A stretch of 58,485 bases of DNA, the filler included, from Limisphaerales bacterium (GTDB lineage: Bacteria > Verrucomicrobiota > Verrucomicrobiia > Limisphaerales > SIBE01): the NCBI GenBank assembly GCA_044225505.1. It is 3 parts of 2 records of this genome, joined end to end, with 100 filler letters (N's around TTAATTAATTAA, not from the genome) between each part and the next. Parts side by side here need not be neighbours in the genome. Positions count along the whole stretch, not along the records: positions 30,764 to 58,485 come from JBGAIN010000009.1; 2 more parts are not named here. The stretch is one strand, 5' to 3'. Shown piece after piece: positions 51,616 through 58,395 of the stretch (position 1 is its first letter; each line of letters opens with the position of its first letter). The notes under the pieces are model-generated. The model was not told the DNA's origin. It made no database searches and saw only the letters and a program-made list of their open reading frames with translations. A program made the translations under genes and the position numbers.

Positions 51616-51740
51616 GGTGAATCGTTAATCCCATTCCAACCCGACTTGACATTCCTGCCGCTGCACAGTTAGTTCCTCCGCGTTCTCATGAGGCCTGGGG
51701 TGTTTAAGAAACGGGCTGCGCTCTCTCACTCGTCGCGCTG

Positions 51741-52100
51741 TTGTTGATGGTGGGGGCCCACTGGCACGTTCTGCAATCCGTCGCCTGGATTCGCCTGCTG
51801 GCTTCGTACTCTCTCACGGATACCTTCGCTACCGCTGTCGTAAAGACCTTTGACGGCAAGCATCCATGCGCCATGTGCCTGAAAATACGCGATGGCCGTC
51901 AGCAGCAGGAAAACGAGCAGAAGGAATTCCCCCTGGCGGAACGGGGGCGAGGCCCAGATCTGTTTTGGGAGTGCCATTGCTCGTTCACTCCCTGGGTTTC
52001 AACGGTTGCCTGGCATGCCGTCCCGTTTTCCCCTTCTCGATATTCCAACTTCATTAGCTCTCCTCCAAAGCCGCCTCCTCGCGCTGGTGCCCATGTCTGA
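51741..52100 (+). CDS. Small Cys/His-motif membrane protein (DUF2946-like), 5' end possibly frameshifted
   Basis: GAHWHVLQSVAW...KTFDGKHPCAMC...PPKPPPR; the upstream ATG 51688 is out of frame across a CT repeat. Confidence 0.6.
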   Translation: MLMVGAHWHVLQSVAWIRLLASYSLTDTFATAVVKTFDGKHPCAMCLKIRDGRQQQENEQKEFPLAERGRGPDLFWECHCSFTPWVSTVAWHAVPFSPSRYSNFISSPPKPPPRAGAHV

Positions 52101-52254
52101 ATCTCCGCGATTAAGGCGCAAGAGCGCTTTGATTTCTTCATTTGGTGGCTTGAGTGAGCCACTGATAACCATTCTCGACTGAAATTGGAGCTGCTCTCCG
52201 ATGGGACAAATTGCCCCCGGGCAGAGCAGTTAACCTTCATACTTTGACAACCTT

Positions 52255-52767
52255 ATGCTGAAATATTCCCAGTTCTTCATCTTTGCTGCTGCTTTGCTTT
52301 TCGAGTCTTCGCTGACCGTCTCCGGCCCGATCCTGTCCAATGTCCCAATGCAAGGGAGCATGGTCATGCCCATGGTGAAGCACGACGCTGCTGCCGCAGC
52401 GTTGCGGGTGACGGTTGATCCAATCGTTCCTGAACTTGTGCCTCTCCGATCCAGCAATCCAGGGGACAGCTTCATCGCTACGGATCCCTGGTTCGAGTTC
52501 CTGGATCCTGCCGCACAGGGGCTCGCCTTCAGCCGTCGCTACGGATTTGTCATGGATACCATGACCGATCCGCTCCCTCCTGAAACTCATAGCATGATCC
52601 GGAAGCTCTCTAGTTCGCCCGGTCTCGGTATCTACCGTTGTCGAGCTACGAACCCCAAGAGCTGGACCCCGATCTTTGGGACCGATAACTCCTCCGTTTC
52701 CATGGCGTGGGACGGAATCACGCGGTTCTGCTTGATCCCAGCCCGGAGAGGAGCTTTTTCCGAATGA
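52255..52767 (+). CDS. Secreted Met-rich hypothetical protein (possibly truncated)
   Basis: Signal-like N-terminus, PMQGSMVMPMV segment. Confidence 0.5.
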   Translation: MLKYSQFFIFAAALLFESSLTVSGPILSNVPMQGSMVMPMVKHDAAAAALRVTVDPIVPELVPLRSSNPGDSFIATDPWFEFLDPAAQGLAFSRRYGFVMDTMTDPLPPETHSMIRKLSSSPGLGIYRCRATNPKSWTPIFGTDNSSVSMAWDGITRFCLIPARRGAFSE

Positions 52768-52785
52768 AGAGGGTTCCCTAGCCGT

Positions 52786-53289
52786 ATGCACTCTGAGTCT
52801 AGACTCCGCTCCGGGCCACCAAAACCAGAAGCGAAGGCTGCCTTCACTCTGATTGAACTACTGGTGATCGTTGCGGTCATAAGTTTGATTGCAGGGCTGT
52901 TGATGCCAGCCATGCCGAAGGCAACACAGGCGGCCCGCCCGGTTCAGTGCTTGAGTCAGATGCGCCAGATCGGAATGGCGGTGCGGCTCTACGCCAATGA
53001 TAACGAAGACCATGTTCCGCGCAGCCAGCATTCGGCGTTTGCCCACAACCAAATGCCTTGGGGCCGAGCTATCGCCGAATACGTTGGAGCCAAACCGAGC
53101 TCCTGGACGAATCTGCTGAACGGGCTTTACCGATGCCCAAAGGATTTGAGGAAAGAACCCTGGCTCTGGGGTTACGGGCAAAAGTCAAACTACTCCTTTG
53201 CTGACGGACATGCGCAGCTTCGTGAGTTTTCCCAGACGAACCATCCGGAGAGCCAAACCGACCTGTGGAACCCATCGAAGGCTCAATGA
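52786..53289 (+). CDS. Prepilin-type N-terminal protein with internally deleted H-X9-DG domain
   Basis: [29 protein letters not shown], then almost directly SNYSFADGH with the upstream His missing; much shorter than the paralog at 14146. Confidence 0.7.
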   Translation: MHSESRLRSGPPKPEAKAAFTLIELLVIVAVISLIAGLLMPAMPKATQAARPVQCLSQMRQIGMAVRLYANDNEDHVPRSQHSAFAHNQMPWGRAIAEYVGAKPSSWTNLLNGLYRCPKDLRKEPWLWGYGQKSNYSFADGHAQLREFSQTNHPESQTDLWNPSKAQ

Positions 53290-53308
53290 GCTCACGCATC
53301 CTTATCCT

Positions 53309-53581
53309 ATGAAGAACCGGCATGAACTTGGTGATGCGGAGTTGGTCACATACGCCCAACGGGGAGACTTCGGTGCCTTCGACACTCTGGTCACCCGTTA
53401 CGAGAGGCTGATCTTCTCCTATGCCCTCGCAATCAGCACAAGCCCACGCCAGGCAGAGCACTTTACCGAATTAATCTTCCTGAGGGCAATGGACGACCTT
53501 GGACCATTCGACGCCCGGCTCGGTTTTCAAGCTTGGCTCTGGGCCGCTGCGGCGGGGTCGGATGCCAATGGCTTAAGGTGA
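53309..53581 (+). pseudogene. ECF sigma factor fragment (region 2 only)
   Basis: DAELVTYAQRGDFGAFDTLVTRYERLIF...FQAWLW, then stop; no region 4. Confidence 0.75.
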
Positions 53582-53593
53582 GAAAGAACGGTT

Positions 53594-53619
53594 TGTAACT
53601 TTCCTGGCTTTGGTGGCTC
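53594..53619 (+). promoter_or_regulatory. ECF-type promoter TGTAAC-N15-GGCTC
   Basis: TGTAACTTTCCTGGCTTTGGTGGCTC, third copy with identical spacing. Confidence 0.65.
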
Positions 53620-53691
53620 AATAGCCGACGTGAAACTGTTGCACAACGGAATGCTTGCGTGCCCTGCGTTGGCCAGCCACAAGGAGATGCT

Positions 53692-53997
53692 ATGTGGCCT
53701 GCGTTAATACCTATCGGCGTGGGCGGTTTGCTCGGAGCGGCACTGGGATACTTCGGCCAGTGCTCCTCAGGAACATGCCCCTTAACCTCAACCTGGTGGC
53801 GCGGGGCACTCTACGGTGCTGCGTTGGGCGCCATGTTTGGCTTCGGCTCGAATCGGCGTGATTACGCCGAGACCACCGGAAACTCGACCAACGTGCTGCA
53901 CATCGCTCAGTCAGAGTTCGAAGCCGTGGTCCTGAATTCAGACCAGGCCGTCGAAAGGGTCAGGCCCGCAGAATGCAATATAGATGTTGACGCTTGA
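53692..53997 (+). pseudogene. DUF6132-like membrane domain + truncated thioredoxin
   Basis: AAGGAG SD; GYFGQCSSGTCPLTSTWWRGALYG; then the thioredoxin start (HIAQSEFEAVVLNSDQAV) breaks off before the WCxxC motif. Confidence 0.7.
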
Positions 53998-54159
53998 GGC
54001 GAGGCAGCGGCAGGTTCTTGGAATGGCGTGGAAACCGGGGGTGCAGTATCCTCAGCGGACGATAGAATGCGTTGCCGGTGGACGGGAGCGGCAACAGAAA
54101 CTTGAGAAGGGCTTGTGATTACAGGCCCTGGCCATGAATCGCCGCTTCCTGGATGATGG

Positions 54160-54418
54160 GCGCAGCAGACTGGCAACTCTGTCTGCTTCCGGATGAGTGT
54201 CACCCATAGTCGTTTCTAGGTGCGAGTGACCGAGAACAACCTGGTGCCAGCAGCTTGAGGGTTTGGCTTCCGTGGTCAGGAGGGGTTTGGGGTGAGGACT
54301 CTGTAGGAAGCGTGTTGGTGGCGAGCACACCGGACATAGGATTTTTTTCGGTGTTGGGCGCGGTATGGTGAAGAGAGCAAGCTCCATCTAATAAACGGAT
54401 TGCGAGGCCCTGTTTCAT
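54160..54418 (-). pseudogene. Collapsed IntI-like tyrosine recombinase (integron integrase remnant)
   Basis: The N-terminus can be rebuilt across frameshifts as MKQGLAIRLLD...HTAPNTEK|SYVR(W)...RFLQ. It joins the C-terminal box II QVVLGHSHLETTMG-D-THPEADRVASLL (54243-54163), where the catalytic Tyr position reads GAC. Divergent from the cassette array. Confidence 0.75.
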
Positions 54419-54485
54419 TCTAGATACGCGAACGGACGGTCAGGGTATAAGAAAAACGGGTCGATGGAGTCGGCTTTCTTGGAAG

Positions 54486-54518
54486 TTGACATTAGGCCTG
54501 GTAACTGAGTAATGTCAA
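54486..54518. promoter_or_regulatory. Symmetric bidirectional sigma70-type promoter (candidate Pc/Pint)
   Basis: TTGACATTA-N15-TAATGTCAA; each strand reads TTGACA-N18-TAATGT. Confidence 0.6.
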
Positions 54519-54575
54519 TAACATGAGGAGATTGAATGCTTCGGCCGTGAATTTACATATCCGAACCATTGGTTT

Positions 54576-54594
54576 GCATACCCAATAGTTCGCT
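54576..54594 (+). mobile_element. Candidate attI site, crossover G|TT at 54588
   Basis: GCATAC-CCAATA-GTTCGCT; GTTCGCT is the exact reverse complement of R'' (AGCGAAC) of the first attC, and no attC hairpin precedes it. Confidence 0.75.
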
Positions 54595-54600
54595 CAAAGA

Positions 54601-54628
54601 TCGACATTCCTGGCATTTTCGGTAGATT
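54601..54628 (+). promoter_or_regulatory. Cassette-internal promoter of the TA module (likely leaderless mRNA)
   Basis: TCGACA-N16-TAGATT ending 6 nt before ATG 54635; no SD. Confidence 0.5.
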
Positions 54629-54634
54629 CTCCCC

Positions 54635-54829
54635 ATGAGTGCGCCAACGCAGTATTTGACAGACGCCAACGGCGCTAAAGTTGCGGCGGTCATCCCCATC
54701 GACGAATATGAGGAATTGATGGAGGACCTCAACGATTTGGCCGTCGTCGCCGAGCGCCGCGACGAGCCGCGGGTTTCCTTCGAGGAGGTAAAACGACGTT
54801 TGAAGGAAGATGGCTGCCTACCGAGTTGA
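54635..54829 (+). CDS. Type II antitoxin (RelB-like), cassette 1
   Basis: QYLTDANGAKVAAVIPIDEYEELMEDLNDLAVVAERRDEP..SFEEVKRRL; overlaps the toxin start. Confidence 0.8.
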   Translation: MSAPTQYLTDANGAKVAAVIPIDEYEELMEDLNDLAVVAERRDEPRVSFEEVKRRLKEDGCLPS

Positions 54830-55069
54830 GTTCCGAGGCTCTGCTGATCGAGAGTTGTCGCGCCTCAATCGGCAGGTGCTCCAGAGCTGGTTGAGGCGAT
54901 CGATGCACTTGGCGAGCAACCCAGGCCGGTCGGGGTGCGGAAGCTGGCCGGAGCAGAGCACACTTACCGGATTCGAGTTGGAGACTATCGGGTTATTTAC
55001 ACGATCGACGAGGCGGGCAAGATTGTAACCATTGAGCGTGTCCGCCACCGGAGCGACGCATACCGATGA
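54810..55069 (+). pseudogene. relE: RelE/ParE-family toxin with a 1-nt frameshift near 54886, cassette 1
   Basis: MAAYRVEFRGSADRELSRLNRQVLQ|LVEAIDALGEQPRPVGVRKLAGAEHTYRIRVGDYRVIYTIDEAGKIVTIERVRHRSDAYR*. Confidence 0.85.
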
Positions 55070-55079
55070 ATACCCAAAG

Positions 55080-55168
55080 AGCGAACCACCGACTGCAATG
55101 AACAGCGGGACAGCCAAACCGTGGAGTGGAGCCCATTGGGTCGCTGTCATTGAGTCGGACCGTTCGGC
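55080..55168 (+). mobile_element. attC site 1 (89 bp)
   Basis: R'' AGCGAAC; arm CCGACT(G)CAATGA(A)CAGCG pairs with CGCTGTCATTGAGTCGG; R' GTTCGGC. Confidence 0.92.
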
Positions 55169-55188
55169 GGTGACCATGCGATGCATCT

Positions 55189-55803
55189 ATGAATGAGAAA
55201 TGCAATGTTCTCGTGGTAATGGCTATTCTGACGGGCTTTCTCGCCGGTTGTGGCACAGCCACGCATTCGAAATCGGTGTCGGCGTCGACGTGCGGGACCG
55301 CCCAAGTGAGGGAGTTAGCAATAGGTATGGCGGATGTCGATGCTCAAGGCATTTTGTTCCTTGATCTAGATCGTAATCGGAGTCTCAAAGCGCCCGTGAG
55401 AGTGCGTTTCTCCCAACTGGGGGGACTGGAGATCACTCCCGCATTATCGCAGTGGCTGCGGGGGAACGGGATCGATCTGTTGGTGCAGTTGGTGCCCGAG
55501 GTCAAGGTGGCTGGATCGGCAACGACTTTTCCTGGGGCGCATTTGAGGGGCGTTAATCTGCGGGGGGTAACGGTTCTGGAGGACAAGATTCGGAGGAGAT
55601 CCAAGGCAGATTCGCTGCAAAAGAGTTGGCCGAACCCGGATCCCGAATGCGATGTCTCGAGCAGCCGTTTGGTTGGTCTAGGGGTCGAGGTGTACCGCGT
55701 CCTGTTGCGAACGCAAGAGGGGCGCGTGTTTGCACTTGAGGAAGAGGAACGCCTTCCTGACGGTGTTAGGATTCGCTATGAAGAAGTGGCGACGCTTCGG
55801 TGA
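55189..55803 (+). CDS. Hypothetical lipoprotein, cassette 2
   Basis: Lipobox FLAGC after a hydrophobic leader; stop 4 nt before attC2. Confidence 0.7.
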   Translation: MNEKCNVLVVMAILTGFLAGCGTATHSKSVSASTCGTAQVRELAIGMADVDAQGILFLDLDRNRSLKAPVRVRFSQLGGLEITPALSQWLRGNGIDLLVQLVPEVKVAGSATTFPGAHLRGVNLRGVTVLEDKIRRRSKADSLQKSWPNPDPECDVSSSRLVGLGVEVYRVLLRTQEGRVFALEEEERLPDGVRIRYEEVATLR

Positions 55804-55807
55804 GAGT

Positions 55808-55900
55808 GCTGAACAAGCCACTCCAGCGGATGCCGGGAGAACGTTCCGGTTGCAGAGCGGGGCGTCTTTGGCCCGGCACCGCTGAGTTCCGTCGTTACCC
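55808..55900 (+). mobile_element. attC site 2 (93 bp)
   Basis: R'' GCTGAAC; ACTC(C)AGCGG(A)TGCCGGG pairs with CCCGGCACCGCTGAGT; R' GTTACCC. Confidence 0.92.
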
Positions 55901-55907
55901 CTGAATC

Positions 55908-56408
55908 GTGAGCACTTCGGAACTTTGGAATACTCTACTGCTCATCCTAACGAGGATCGTGCTACCGCTCGTCGTGATTTTTGCAATCGGCTCGGGAATT
56001 AGTGGGTGGGTTCTCTTGGCGCGCAAATACCCGGAACGTTCATGTGCGATGGAGGAGACCTTTCCGTCTACCTCAGGCTATTTCGGAGGTTTGATTGCAT
56101 GTTACAGAAGGTCGATTACGGTAAGCACCGGTTCATCTGGCTTGCGCCTTTCTACTACACGTTTACTCAGCCTGTTTCATTCGCCGATCTTTTTGCCTTG
56201 GACAGCCTTGACTTGTTGTTCCGTCGCCGATTTTCTGGGGTTGCGGCGTGGCATAAGGCTGGACATTGCTGGCCGGAAGAGGCCGATTTATTTGTATGGA
56301 TTCCTCTGGAAATACGGGGACGCCCCAGCCCGAATTGTCAATAACTGGCAACAACACCGTCAGAGCGGGGTAACCACCGAGTGCAATGAACGGCGAATCA
56401 AAGCATAA
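55908..56408 (+). CDS. Hypothetical membrane protein, cassette 3
   Basis: N-terminal TM; GW..LARKY, LFHSPIFLPW; the stop lies inside attC3. Confidence 0.7.
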   Translation: MSTSELWNTLLLILTRIVLPLVVIFAIGSGISGWVLLARKYPERSCAMEETFPSTSGYFGGLIACYRRSITVSTGSSGLRLSTTRLLSLFHSPIFLPWTALTCCSVADFLGLRRGIRLDIAGRKRPIYLYGFLWKYGDAPARIVNNWQQHRQSGVTTECNERRIKA

Positions 56409-56459
56409 GCGACAATCTATTAGCAGCTTCGTCGCCGTAATTGACTCGGATTGTTCGGC
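56368..56459 (+). mobile_element. attC site 3 (92 bp)
   Basis: R'' GGGTAAC (exact complement of the preceding GTTACCC); CCGAGT(G)CAATG(A)ACGGCGA pairs with TCGCCGTAATTGACTCGG; R' GTTCGGC. Confidence 0.92.
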
Positions 56460-56460
56460 A

Positions 56461-57048
56461 ATGAGAGGCTCCTTGCGCGCTGTGCGCAAAATCTTTGGGT
56501 CGCTGGTCCTGACTGGTTGGGTGCTAGTCTCCGCCTTTGCTCAGAGTTCGAATTTCCTTTCTTTAACGGTCACCGTCTTGGCCCCTGAGCAAAATGAGAA
56601 GTTCTCGCGGTTAGCGTTTGACCTTTGCAATAGCTCGAGCAAAACACAGGAGTTCGTCATACCCTTGACCAACGTTTTCCCCGGGACTGTTTCGCTGCTT
56701 TTGCCAAACGACGAAGTCCGAGAGTTCGTCCATACCAACTATTGGAATCGGATAATGACCACTTATTGGTTTCGGCCGTCGGTTGTCTTACGGCCTAAAC
56801 AATGCCTCCGTTTCGAGACATCAACCGCGGACTTCATCGATCCCGAAAGGCCGAGCCCCCTCAGACACCCCCGTAAACTCCCCGCGTCCATCGCTCCCGA
56901 TTTTCCTACGCTTGCATCGGAACTTCGCTTGGGATGTTGGCTCAGCTCCCGAGTTGAAATCCAGCGGCAAAAGCATCTGCCGGGAGGCTACGTCACCAAT
57001 GTGGATATTGGGTCAATCGTCTCTCCGCAAATCCGATACGTAAAGTGA
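56461..57048 (+). CDS. Hypothetical secreted protein, cassette 4
   Basis: ATG 1 nt after R'; signal peptide ending SAFA|Q. Confidence 0.7.
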   Translation: MRGSLRAVRKIFGSLVLTGWVLVSAFAQSSNFLSLTVTVLAPEQNEKFSRLAFDLCNSSSKTQEFVIPLTNVFPGTVSLLLPNDEVREFVHTNYWNRIMTTYWFRPSVVLRPKQCLRFETSTADFIDPERPSPLRHPRKLPASIAPDFPTLASELRLGCWLSSRVEIQRQKHLPGGYVTNVDIGSIVSPQIRYVK

Positions 57049-57052
57049 AATG

Positions 57053-57145
57053 GCCGAACCAGCCGATTGCACCGAACCCGGCGAAGACCGTCCGGTTCCA
57101 AATCGATTACCACATCTGCCGGGTCGGTGACCGGCGTTGTTGGTC
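57053..57145 (+). mobile_element. attC site 4 (93 bp)
   Basis: R'' GCCGAAC; GCCGATTGCACCGAACCCGGC pairs with GCCGGGTCGGTGACCGGC; R' GTTGGTC. Confidence 0.92.
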
Positions 57146-57149
57146 GCGT

Positions 57150-57434
57150 ATGAGCACGCCGACTCGATTCTCCTCAACTGGTTGGCGCTGGGCGCTCATC
57201 ACCTCGCAGTTACTGGTGGTGACGTTCTGTGTCATGGACCGCATCTTGATAGCCGAGGCCGGTCATCGGGCTCATTTTGCCACGGCTCCGTCGCTCATCG
57301 TCGGCATCCTGGTTTTCCCGGCACTGCTGTTCCTGCTTTTCGGCAGCCCTTTTCTTGTGAGATTGCTCGGGCCGGTTGCGATTACCGGTTGGTGCGTGGG
57401 CGCTGCGGCGCTCGTATTCTCCCATGGACTATGA
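57150..57434 (+). CDS. Small 3-TM membrane protein, cassette 5
   Basis: ATG 4 nt after R'; three hydrophobic segments. Confidence 0.65.
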   Translation: MSTPTRFSSTGWRWALITSQLLVVTFCVMDRILIAEAGHRAHFATAPSLIVGILVFPALLFLLFGSPFLVRLLGPVAITGWCVGAAALVFSHGL

Positions 57435-57447
57435 ACTCAAAAGGAGC

Positions 57448-57573
57448 GACTAACCAAACGCCGAAAGCGAACTGGCGCAGCCCCGATCCGTGTGATGCCT
57501 TGAGGCAGCTTGGCCGTCGCTTGCCCCTTTGGAGATTCCTCTTCAGCGCCAGTCGCTTGGCTTATTGTTGGCC
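57448..57573 (+). mobile_element. attC site 5 (126 bp, long variable terminal structure)
   Basis: R'' GACTAAC; GCCGAAAGCGAACTGGCGC pairs with GCGCCAGTCGCTTGGC; R' GTTGGCC. Confidence 0.88.
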
Positions 57574-57584
57574 GTAACCGTGTC

Positions 57585-57863
57585 ATGCGCTACCTCGCAG
57601 TCCAGTGGCACCAGAATTGTCCGGACGATCCAATTGCGATATTGTCGGAAATTGACGACGATGGTTGGGAGCAACGAAAAGTGGAAATCTACGCTGATGG
57701 TCGGACCGACTACGCTAACAAGATCGAGCAGACCAGAACGACTGAGCTTGGCCTTTCCCCCATTCCATCGCTAGCTGAGATCGAAGCTGACCCGCAGTTC
57801 GGTCCTCGCGACATTTCGCGAGAAGAGTTTGAGACGTCATGGAAGAGAGCAACAGGATACTAA
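57585..57863 (+). CDS. Acidic DUF6881-like protein, cassette 6
   Basis: MRYLAVQWHQNCPDDP..ILSEIDDDGWEQRKVEIYADG...IPSLAEI...F.PRDISREEFE..W. Confidence 0.75.
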   Translation: MRYLAVQWHQNCPDDPIAILSEIDDDGWEQRKVEIYADGRTDYANKIEQTRTTELGLSPIPSLAEIEADPQFGPRDISREEFETSWKRATGY

Positions 57864-57864
57864 C

Positions 57865-57957
57865 GGCCAACAACGCCATGCACACGAGCTCCGCGATAAC
57901 GACCAGGTTACAAATCGAAAGCCACCGGCGCGGAGTCGGTGATGGCGACCGTTGGGC
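57865..57957 (+). mobile_element. attC site 6 (93 bp)
   Basis: R'' GGCCAAC; CGCCAT(G)CAC(A)CGA(G)CTCCGCG pairs with CGCGGAGTCGGTGATGGCG; R' GTTGGGC. Confidence 0.92.
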
Positions 57958-57980
57958 GGTAACAAGCAGCACCCCGATCT

Positions 57981-58382
57981 ATGCCGCGAACAGATATTGA
58001 GGAATTCGGGCGACTACTGATCAAGCAGGTCAGAGATCAAGCGATCGCGAATTGCGATCGAAGACTGCAAGCCCGTAGGACGGACCCTATTTCGAAGCGC
58101 TGGCAGGCAGCCTTGAGTACCAGGAGCTCAGAAGAGATCCTGAAGGTCGCCATACCGGACATCGTGGATACGGTCATCGCCGAACTGCTCCGAGGCATCG
58201 ACCAGGAGACCCTCCCTTTGGCTTTTACAGCCTCCAACGGAGCCACAGTTGATCTCTCTCGTGATGGGCTAGGTGAACTTTGCGGCTGGTTCATGGGCGA
58301 GTGGCGTTTCAGGCACTCCGACGAGCGGGTGGTGGACGATTTTGCGGACCTCCGAGGCCCTCCAGACGATACCCAAAAATGA
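57981..58382 (+). CDS. Hypothetical helical protein, cassette 7
   Basis: EEFGRLLIKQVRDQAI...IPDIVD...DGLGELCGW; fills the space between attC6 and attC7. Confidence 0.75.
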   Translation: MPRTDIEEFGRLLIKQVRDQAIANCDRRLQARRTDPISKRWQAALSTRSSEEILKVAIPDIVDTVIAELLRGIDQETLPLAFTASNGATVDLSRDGLGELCGWFMGEWRFRHSDERVVDDFADLRGPPDDTQK

Positions 58383-58395
58383 GAACCAACAGAAC

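Noticed and set aside
54420..54590. SOS (LexA) box controlling the integrase
   Set aside because: No CTGT-N8-ACAG or TGTTC-N4-GAACA match seen in the intergenic region.
56386..57577. Longer ORF-track starts at 56386, 57045 and 57510, and ORF 57137-57577
   Set aside because: These extensions run through attC sites; the starts just after each R' (56461, 57150, 57585) fit the cassette boundaries.
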